Positions 25,963 to 32,000 of a stretch of 32,000 bases of DNA are shown here, in pieces. The stretch covers positions 90,001 to 122,000 of the forward strand of contig JAIRQE010000015.1 in assembly GCA_031256725.1 (NCBI GenBank). The letters run 5' to 3'. The notes below the pieces were generated by a model that saw nothing but the letters and a program-made list of their open reading frames with translations, was not told the origin of the DNA and did not search any database. The position numbers and the translations under genes were made by a program. Each line of letters starts with the position of its first letter. The stretch's first letter is position 1. The DNA is from Propionibacteriaceae bacterium. GTDB lineage: Bacteria; Actinomycetota; Actinomycetes; Propionibacteriales; Propionibacteriaceae.

Positions 25963-26619
25963 TCATGGTTGGGGGGTCGCAGGCAGTACTAATCCGGCGA
26001 TGATCGTACCTGCTACTAACCAGGGGCCGAATGCGAACTGGCGTACCCGTGCTAGGGCAGAGTAGAGGACTGCGAGAAGGCAGCCGACTAGGAGTCCAGC
26101 GAAGACGGCGGTGGGAGAGATGAGGCCCAGCCACCATCCGCAGATTATGACGAGTTTGACGTCGCCAAGGCCAAGGTCGCCGCGGGTGAGCATGTGGATA
26201 GCGAGGAAGGCCACGCCACAGACGAGTCCTGTCGTAAATCCCATGAGCAGACGTACCGGGTCTGACCATGCGCAACCCAATCCAGCAAGGATGGTTGTCA
26301 CTGCGAGAAGGAACTGTGCTGGATCGGGCAGACGTCGTACATCCATGTCGACCGCAGCCATCCACGATCCGATCGCGCTGAATGCCATCCACCCTAGAAG
26401 GTGAGCCCAGTAGGTGAGGTCATATGTGGGCGGGATCAGCCATACTGTACTCCCCCAACAGGCGGCCAATGCACAAGGTACCCACCATCGAGTCCCAGGT
26501 GGTGCAAGACTTGTTTCATCACTATCTTCCCAAGTCACTCGATAGTTAAGCCTGTTAAGCCAACGTCGAATGACTTCGCCAACAATTAGTCCTGATGCGA
26601 TCCCGGCAGCGATCCCCAT
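25963..26619 (-). CDS. prepilin peptidase (A24 family)
   Basis: 218-aa polytopic membrane protein with the two catalytic-Asp contexts: AVDMDVRRLPD and LGLGDVKLVIICGWWLG. Also FGPWLVAG near the C-terminus. Confidence 0.8.
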   Translation of the reverse strand: MGIAAGIASGLIVGEVIRRWLNRLNYRVTWEDSDETSLAPPGTRWWVPCALAACWGSTVWLIPPTYDLTYWAHLLGWMAFSAIGSWMAAVDMDVRRLPDPAQFLLAVTTILAGLGCAWSDPVRLLMGFTTGLVCGVAFLAIHMLTRGDLGLGDVKLVIICGWWLGLISPTAVFAGLLVGCLLAVLYSALARVRQFAFGPWLVAGTIIAGLVLPATPQP

Positions 26620-26760
26620 CGCCCCCTCCCTTCATGGTTAGTACATCAATCCTTGCTAACCACAAAGCCCCATAGAAAGTTATCCACAGGTTTTCTGTTG
26701 GGAAGTGGACCCTCTTTTGAACATCGGGACTATCCGATAAACGGTGGGTGGCCCGGCATT

Positions 26761-27120
26761 TTAATTGCTACCTTCTTGGTTGAGTTGACTTGGGAAGGTG
26801 ATGGCGAACGCGTTTAACACTGGTTTCCGCCTGTTCATCCATCGTGCCTTAGCTTTCCCATGGGGGTCACGTGATCTGGCCACGAGATACAAGCATTTCA
26901 GTGCTGCTTGATCATTGGGGAAATGACCTCTGGCTTTCACAGCTCTTCTCAAACGAGCGTTCAACGATTCGATCGCGTTCGTTGTGCAGATCACCTGTCG
27001 GATCTCGGGATCATAGGCCAGGAAAGGAATGAACTCTTCCCATGCTGAACGCCTCAGGTTGATCGCAGCAGGATACTTTGATCCCCATTTCTTAGCGAAC
27101 TCATCGAACCGGAAGTTCGC
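26761..27120 (-). pseudogene. IS256-family (Mutator-type) transposase, C-terminal fragment only
   Basis: Minus-strand frame reads ..FDEFAKKWGSKYPAAINLRRSAWEEFIPFLAYDPEIRQVICTTNAIESLNARLRRAVKARGHFPNDQAALKCLYL.., the conserved C-terminal third of IS256 transposases. An in-frame stop lies just upstream (about 27136). About 280 N-terminal residues are missing. Confidence 0.8.
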
Positions 27121-27159
27121 GCTAGTGTCGCTAGGTTTGCTAGACTATCCTCTGCCCAA

Positions 27160-27232
27160 GCGCCTGTAGCTTAATGGATAGAGCATCTGACTACGGATCA
27201 GAAGGTTGGGGGTTCGACTCCCTCCAGGCGCG
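27160..27232 (+). tRNA. tRNA-Arg (anticodon ACG)
   Basis: Hand-folded cloverleaf. Acceptor GCGCCTG/CAGGCGC, D-arm GCTT..GAGC, anticodon stem TCTGA/TCAGA with loop CTACGGA, T-arm GGGGG-TTCGACT-CCCTC, discriminator G. CCA is not encoded. Confidence 0.9.
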
Positions 27233-27535
27233 CAGATTATGACGGCCCACTTCAATCGGCAGTACGACGGGGACATAACGCCCTTGCTCATCCACTGTTG
27301 GCATGATAGTAGTTAAATCAACTGAGAAGAATTCAACTACTTTGTAGATATCTTTGATGCTCCACGAGATTTTCCCGCTCAGTTTTCCACCCATTGCATG
27401 TGGTCCAACTCCAAGTGCTTCGCCTAGCTCTATGCGAGTAGTTTTACTTCTGAACATGAGCTGATTAACGGTCTCTGAGATGGCATGGTCAGGCGCATAA
27501 ACGGGATCAATTTCAATCGGTCTGGGTCTAGCCAT
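27191..27535 (-). CDS. XRE-family HTH regulator (cI-like repressor candidate)
   Basis: MARPRP...VNQLMFRSKTTRIELGEALGVGPHAMGGKLSGKISWSIKDIYKVVEFFSV fits the HTH_XRE pattern. The last 14 codons read into the tRNA-Arg 3' half (27191-27232). The track start at 27604 is rejected. Confidence 0.6.
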   Translation of the reverse strand: MARPRPIEIDPVYAPDHAISETVNQLMFRSKTTRIELGEALGVGPHAMGGKLSGKISWSIKDIYKVVEFFSVDLTTIMPTVDEQGRYVPVVLPIEVGRHNLRAWRESNPQPSDP

Positions 27536-27669
27536 GTGATGAATTGTATTCAGATCTAGACTAATAAGCAAGTAAAACCAGTAAATAGTTGTAGTGTGTC
27601 GCATAAAACTACTTCTACTCTAATTTAGTGACTTCGGAGCTGGTTTTTCTATTAAGCATGATCCAGATC

Positions 27670-27699
27670 TTGATAAAACTTGTCATTAGTTGTTATACT
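27670..27699 (+). promoter_or_regulatory. Sigma-70-type promoter for the xis-like/rep-like operon
   Basis: TTGATA (27670-27675), an 18-nt spacer, then TATACT (27694-27699), in an AT-rich divergent region. A GGAGG RBS precedes ATG 27758. Confidence 0.45.
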
Positions 27700-27757
27700 C
27701 TCGCGTAATGTCTATTACAAGCTACTTATGAACATTTAAAGACATATTGGAGGAATT

Positions 27758-27994
27758 ATGGACGGTGGTCACATGATTCGCCCTTCGCAAGCGGCCAAAA
27801 TTGTGGGAGTTCATTATCGAACAATGATGAAATGGATACATGGTGGATTAGCTCCGCATTCTCGGTTGCCGAACGGATTTTATCGAATTGATGAGAGGTG
27901 GGCTAGGAGCCAGGTAGTACCCGGTTTAGGAATCCTAGTCGATGCTGGCCGATGTTCTTCGGATACTTCCACGGGGTTAACTGATGTCTCTTGA
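27758..27994 (+). CDS. excisionase-family / MerR-like helix-turn-helix DNA-binding protein
   Basis: 78 aa. IRPSQAAKIVGVHYRTMMKWIHGGLAPHSRLPNGFYRIDERW matches the HTH_17/Xis pattern. It overlaps the next gene start. Confidence 0.65.
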   Translation: MDGGHMIRPSQAAKIVGVHYRTMMKWIHGGLAPHSRLPNGFYRIDERWARSQVVPGLGILVDAGRCSSDTSTGLTDVS

Positions 27995-29042
27995 AGCTAC
28001 TGGGTGGGCCTGGAATCAGACGGGGTTGAATACCTCGCAGAAAATTGTTTTGTTGGCCTTGGCTGATCAGGTCCGTTCTGCGGAGTCTGGGTGTTTTCCG
28101 ATGGTGTCGTCGTTGATGGCGAAGAGTGAGTTATCTAAGACGAGTGTTATCAGGGCGATCAGAGAGTTGGAGGCTCGTGGTTTGGTTGCGGCTTTTCCTT
28201 TACCGAGTCGTCATGGTGGGAGGCAGCATGCGAATTACTATTTGTTGGCTATTCATGGTGATTTAGATGTGAGTCGTATTGATTTAGACCGGGTGTATCG
28301 GTTGATTGAGAGGTCTGAGTTAACGGATCACGATCCCGAGTATTCCGCTTCTGTGAATAATAATGCCACCGAAATGATGGGTACCGCTGGCGACATGGGT
28401 ACCGCTAGCGGTACCCATGTCAATTTGACACCCATGGTTGACAAGGGGAAACAGGGTATGGGTACCGCTGGCGACACCCATACCGCGGACGACATGGGTA
28501 CCGCTGGCGATAGGGGTATGGGTACCGCTGGCGACACCCATCTATATAAGGAATTAACCAGGAATTTAAAACCTAACCTAACCGGTGTTGGTGAGGTTGG
28601 GTCGGGTGTGGATTTGAATGTGGTGTGGGAATGTTTACCTGCACGGTGGGGGGAGCATTTAGATTCGTCTGGGCTGCAGGTTGTGGGTCACCACTTGGCG
28701 GGGTTATTGGATGCTGGGTGGACTCCCCAGAGGATTCGATGTGTGCTGGAATCTAATCCGTTGCCGGAATCTCCAAAATCGTGGGTGGGTTTGATATCTC
28801 ATCGGGTGAAGGGTGTTCCTGCTGTCCCACCTCGTCTGGCTCAATCTGAGGCACCACGGTTACGGGTGGTGGAGGCTCCAGTGGTTCCTGACCCGTTGTG
28901 GGTTCAGGTTATGCGTACTGCGAAGGCTGCGGGTGAACTGGTGCCAGCTCCGTTTAGTCCTCGGTTTGGTGAGTGGTTGAAAGACCGTGACCAGGGTGCG
29001 TGGGAAGTGTGGTTGGCTGAGTCATCGGGGGAGGCTGCATGA
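27984..29042 (+). CDS. replication-initiator-like protein with N-terminal winged HTH (HTH_36-type)
   Basis: WAWNQTGLNTSQKIVLLALADQVRSAESGCFPMVSSLMAKSELSKTSVIRAIRELEARGLV is the typical phage/plasmid replication HTH pattern. A central repeat linker (MGTAGD x5) separates it from the C-terminal domain. Confidence 0.6.
   Translation: MSLEATGWAWNQTGLNTSQKIVLLALADQVRSAESGCFPMVSSLMAKSELSKTSVIRAIRELEARGLVAAFPLPSRHGGRQHANYYLLAIHGDLDVSRIDLDRVYRLIERSELTDHDPEYSASVNNNATEMMGTAGDMGTASGTHVNLTPMVDKGKQGMGTAGDTHTADDMGTAGDRGMGTAGDTHLYKELTRNLKPNLTGVGEVGSGVDLNVVWECLPARWGEHLDSSGLQVVGHHLAGLLDAGWTPQRIRCVLESNPLPESPKSWVGLISHRVKGVPAVPPRLAQSEAPRLRVVEAPVVPDPLWVQVMRTAKAAGELVPAPFSPRFGEWLKDRDQGAWEVWLAESSGEAA
28377..28541 (+). 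repeat. Iteron-like repeats inside the rep-like gene (candidate origin)
   Basis: ATGGGTACCGCTGGCGA occurs exactly at 28377, 28458, 28494 and 28518. A 24-bp perfect palindrome ATGGGTACCGCTAGCGGTACCCAT lies at 28395-28418. A 28-bp perfect direct repeat lies at 28454-28481 and 28514-28541. An AT-rich stretch follows at 28541-28580. Confidence 0.7.
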
Positions 29043-30190
29043 GTAAGAAAGTCAGCACGTGGCCAGAAATCCTTGTTGATTTCACGTTAGGGGCCGTGAC
29101 GATTGGGGGGTCATCGTCACAGTTTGATGACCCTGACACTGCCCACACTGAGGCGATTACGAGGATTCGGGGTTGGTCATCCCGGTTGAAGCGGGATTTG
29201 AATGCCACGGTGGTGTACTCAGATCGGCTGGCATCGTGGGTAGTGCCGTGTGACCCTGATGTTGAGGTTTCTGAGACTGTCACGAAAACTTTACGTGTCA
29301 AGATGCGACAGGTTCAGAAAAAAGTGGATCTCCCGAGGACAGTACCTAATCCTGCGGATCGATCTAAGGGGAAGAAGGAGTGTGAGGAACACGAGTTTTC
29401 GGATTTGTTGGAGCTTGATTCTGGGGATGATGTTGGTATTGATGGTCTGTTGGCTAGTGCTGGAGCTGCTGATGGGTACGTGGGAGGTATTCAGAATCGT
29501 GGCGTGAAAGTGGTGATTGGGTTAGGGGTTGCGGTTATTGGGGTCATGGTTGTGGGGGTGGGATGGCTGGCTCATATGCCGTTACCGGTGACTGAGATTA
29601 CTGCTACTGCAACTGTGACTGTGACTGGTAGGTCATCACCGTCGCCTCGGGTGTCGGTGACTCCAACTCCAACGAGTTCTCCAACTATGTTTGATACTGA
29701 GTCTAGTTCGGTTTCATCTGATGGTTCCGCTAGCGCGACTGTGACTCCTCGTGCGACAGCGGTGAATACTACGAGGGCTTCGAGTCAGGCCCCGGCAGTT
29801 CCTGTTCCTACTGTTGCAGCGCCACAACCTGCTCCAGCGACCACTCAAGTGGCACCTCCACCGGCTACTACAGCCCCACCACCTCCGCCACCTCCACCGC
29901 CTCCTGCTCCGGTGGCTCCGACGATTTCGAGTGTGACGTGTTCACGTTCGGGTACGAATATTTCGTCGAATGTGAGTTTCAATACGAATGGGACGAGTGG
30001 GACGGTGAGTATTAGTGTCTCGTATTCGGGTGGGGGCGCGGCTGGGTCTACTCAAAGTCGTTCGGTGAGTGGTGGGAATACGAGCGCGAATGCGGCGTGG
30101 GCGGGGATCCCATCGGACGCACCTGTGACATGTACCGCAACGATTTCAACAACGTCTGGCTCCAGCAGTAAGTCAGCCGCAACAACATGA
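29039..30190 (+). CDS. hypothetical single-pass membrane protein with Ser/Thr/Pro-rich extracellular region
   Basis: 383 aa. ATG overlaps the rep stop. TM is VKVVIGLGVAVIGVMVVGVGWLA. An S/T/P-rich region includes a run of 10 Pro. No family recognised. Confidence 0.5.
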   Translation: MSKKVSTWPEILVDFTLGAVTIGGSSSQFDDPDTAHTEAITRIRGWSSRLKRDLNATVVYSDRLASWVVPCDPDVEVSETVTKTLRVKMRQVQKKVDLPRTVPNPADRSKGKKECEEHEFSDLLELDSGDDVGIDGLLASAGAADGYVGGIQNRGVKVVIGLGVAVIGVMVVGVGWLAHMPLPVTEITATATVTVTGRSSPSPRVSVTPTPTSSPTMFDTESSSVSSDGSASATVTPRATAVNTTRASSQAPAVPVPTVAAPQPAPATTQVAPPPATTAPPPPPPPPPPAPVAPTISSVTCSRSGTNISSNVSFNTNGTSGTVSISVSYSGGGAAGSTQSRSVSGGNTSANAAWAGIPSDAPVTCTATISTTSGSSSKSAATT

Positions 30191-30240
30191 GCCTCGGTGG
30201 TCATCCACTGGGGATGGTCGAAGAAAGGAAAGGGGAGGGT

Positions 30241-32000
30241 ATGTATACCTCGTCAATGTGGAGAAGGAAGCTCCATCGCAACCGACCTTGTGTCGGTTTT
30301 ATGGGCAGGGTAGCCGCTTTTACTCTGTCTATTGCTCTGATTGGGATGATCGCTCCGACAGCTGTTGCTGTCGAGGTTGGCAACCGTGCGTATGGTTATA
30401 GTGTGAGTTGGAGTGGTGGGAAAATTGGTCGTTACGATGGGATGTGGATTGGATCCTATTGGACTGACATGGGTGAGGCATTTTGTGTGACTCCTCGTGG
30501 TACATCACCAACTAACGGTACTGGTTCGGGTGCGTGGTGGCTGGATGGGTGGTCGAACCAGGAGGGTGAGCAGATGACCACTCAGCAGTTGGCTCAGGCC
30601 GCGTTTCTGGCGTATTCGTATACGCAGTGGGAATCCAACCCACAAAATGCAGCTATCATTAAGTTGGCGTTGTTGAGTGTGTTGGGTTTGGATAACGCTG
30701 AGGTGTATGGGGCTAATGGTGCTCGTGCTAATTTTGATGTCCGAGTTCCTGGCAGTGATGGTCGTATTATTGCGGACCAGTTGGGTCTGACCAGTGTGAT
30801 TTTGGATTGGATTGCGCGCGCGCAGGCGCGGGCATCGACGTGGAATGGTGTCACGTCGGGGACGAAACATAACTTGAATGAGATTCGTTATCCGGGCGAC
30901 ACTATTAACTATGAGGTGAATTTTCCGGGTATTCCTGCCGGCTATGATGTCTTTTGGACTATCACGAAACCGGATGGTGCTACGGTGTCGGTCACGACAC
31001 AAACTAATGCTAGTGGTACTGCTGCGTTGGAGTGGGATACTCTCCCGGATCTACTTGGGGAGTATAAGGTGAAGTGGCAGATTTTGAATGTTCCACCTCG
31101 TATTCCTTTAGCGTTTTATGGGCCTGGTCGGCCCGCACAGTTGTTGTATATTGCTGTACCGGACACAGGACGGAAAGAGGACCCAGATAAGGTTTCATTC
31201 ATCCATGATGGTGAGTTGGGTATTGAGACCCAGATTTCTGATCAGGCTGCTGAACCGGGGTCCACGATTACTGATACAGTCAGGGCGACTGGTTTAGTGC
31301 CTATGGTGTATGGAAAGTCTGTGTCGTGGAAGTTCACGGGATCGATTTTTAAGACTGCACCTGATAGTTATGGTTCGTGTCAGGAAGCGGATTGGTCTAC
31401 GGGTAAAGCTGAGCAGGTTCATTCGTTTACAGAGCCGGTTCCTGCTGCGTCGATTGTTGATTATGCGGTTGAGATGACGATGGGATCGTATATGATCCCG
31501 GTGATGCACCCTGCGACGTGTTACACGTATCAGGTCAAACTGCATGGCACATATGATGGTATGAATGAGGATCTATCGGTATCGCATGAGTTGGGTATGA
31601 CGACAGAGACAACACTTGTTCGTAGTGATTTACCTGTGGTGACCTCAGCGGTGTCGAATCAGTCTGCGAATCCTGGTGAAACAATCACGGACACTGTCGA
31701 GATTACGAATATTACATTGAGGTCGGGTGTGACGTGGACACTGACGGGTACGCTCGTGGAAGCGGTCCCGGTTGATGGGGCATGTAGCAAGGTGGACTGG
31801 GGTAAGGGCACTCCAGTGAAAACGTATGAGACTGTGGTGACTGCGGCCCGGGTGTCGAATAAGACAGCGATACTATCTGGTTTGGGTGGATATGTGATTC
31901 CGAATCTACAGGAACAGATGTGCTACTCGTATGGGGCCACATTGACTGTGGTGGGTGCGGATGTGGATGTGACAGTGGAGCATCCGGTGGGTCATCCGAC
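30241..32000 (+). CDS. secreted/surface repeat protein, 3' partial (possible thioester-domain plus Ig-like repeat adhesin)
   Basis: Frame 1 is open from ATG 30241 to the window end (586 codons read by hand). It is absent from the ORF track because no stop is reached. Signal peptide is RVAAFTLSIALIGMIAPTAVAVEV. Modules of about 110 aa repeat, each starting ..PG(S/E)TITDTV... The start could be 30256 or 30301. Confidence 0.65.
   Translation, partial: MYTSSMWRRKLHRNRPCVGFMGRVAAFTLSIALIGMIAPTAVAVEVGNRAYGYSVSWSGGKIGRYDGMWIGSYWTDMGEAFCVTPRGTSPTNGTGSGAWWLDGWSNQEGEQMTTQQLAQAAFLAYSYTQWESNPQNAAIIKLALLSVLGLDNAEVYGANGARANFDVRVPGSDGRIIADQLGLTSVILDWIARAQARASTWNGVTSGTKHNLNEIRYPGDTINYEVNFPGIPAGYDVFWTITKPDGATVSVTTQTNASGTAALEWDTLPDLLGEYKVKWQILNVPPRIPLAFYGPGRPAQLLYIAVPDTGRKEDPDKVSFIHDGELGIETQISDQAAEPGSTITDTVRATGLVPMVYGKSVSWKFTGSIFKTAPDSYGSCQEADWSTGKAEQVHSFTEPVPAASIVDYAVEMTMGSYMIPVMHPATCYTYQVKLHGTYDGMNEDLSVSHELGMTTETTLVRSDLPVVTSAVSNQSANPGETITDTVEITNITLRSGVTWTLTGTLVEAVPVDGACSKVDWGKGTPVKTYETVVTAARVSNKTAILSGLGGYVIPNLQEQMCYSYGATLTVVGADVDVTVEHPVGHP

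Larger units (their letters stand above)
27233..32000. mobile_element. Integrated mobile element (ICE/AICE or prophage-like) inserted at the 3' end of tRNA-Arg; right end beyond window
   Basis: Starts immediately 3' of the tRNA. AT-rich switch region at 27240-27760. Divergent XRE-like gene and xis-like/rep-like operon. GTAC is scarce here compared with the core. No integrase lies within the visible 4.8 kb. Confidence 0.6.

Noticed and set aside
25895-26392. 165-aa minus-strand ORF out of frame within the prepilin peptidase gene
   Set aside because: Arg/Pro/Trp-rich shadow frame. The 25963..26619 frame carries the A24 peptidase Asp motifs.
27536-27604. N-terminal extension of the XRE-like ORF (track start 27604, MRHTTTIYWFYLLISLDLNTIHH)
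   Set aside because: The extension is an AT-rich, hydrophobic nonsense-like peptide overlapping the divergent promoter region. Met at 27535 gives a normal HTH protein.
28377-28541. Direct repeats with spacers considered as a CRISPR array (also the 9-bp array at 15695-15766)
   Set aside because: Repeat units are 17-28 bp with irregular 1-46 bp gaps, all in frame inside a CDS. The 9-bp array is contiguous coding repeat. Neither has CRISPR repeat/spacer geometry or nearby cas genes.

Overview
Mid-GC (about 50-55% by eye) chromosomal segment that looks like Actinomycetota, possibly Actinomycetaceae-like. That placement rests on gene content only: class E sortase-like, LytR_C, DUF2510, DUF4190, septum-formation lipoprotein and LRV proteins. 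Positions 1-26.7 kb are core genome. They hold the end of a sugar ABC uptake operon, a sortase-like gene, pyrE, a LacI regulator, an ArsB/NhaD-type permease, an L,D-transpeptidase, a large transglutaminase-like membrane protein, a proline-rich DUF4190 protein, an ABC exporter, ispE, argS, an M18 aminopeptidase and a prepilin peptidase. At 26.76-27.23 kb an IS256-family transposase remnant abuts tRNA-Arg(ACG). Directly 3' of the tRNA begins a compositionally different integrated element that runs off the window end. It carries an XRE repressor-like gene, an Xis-like HTH gene, an HTH replication-initiator-like gene with internal iterons, an S/T/P-rich membrane protein and a large secreted repeat protein. 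No CRISPR array, rRNA or recognisable defence operon was seen. The most unusual signals are non-coding. (1) A dispersed, apparently structured intergenic repeat of about 70-110 nt has four same-strand copies and one compensatory base-pair change between copies. (2) A 92-bp palindromic MITE-like element has two copies, one next to a copy of family 1. (3) An iteron, 24-bp perfect palindrome and AT-rich module lies inside the rep-like gene. (4) A class E sortase homologue has Ala in place of the catalytic Cys. All calls come from reading the sequence and the ORF track; no database search was run.
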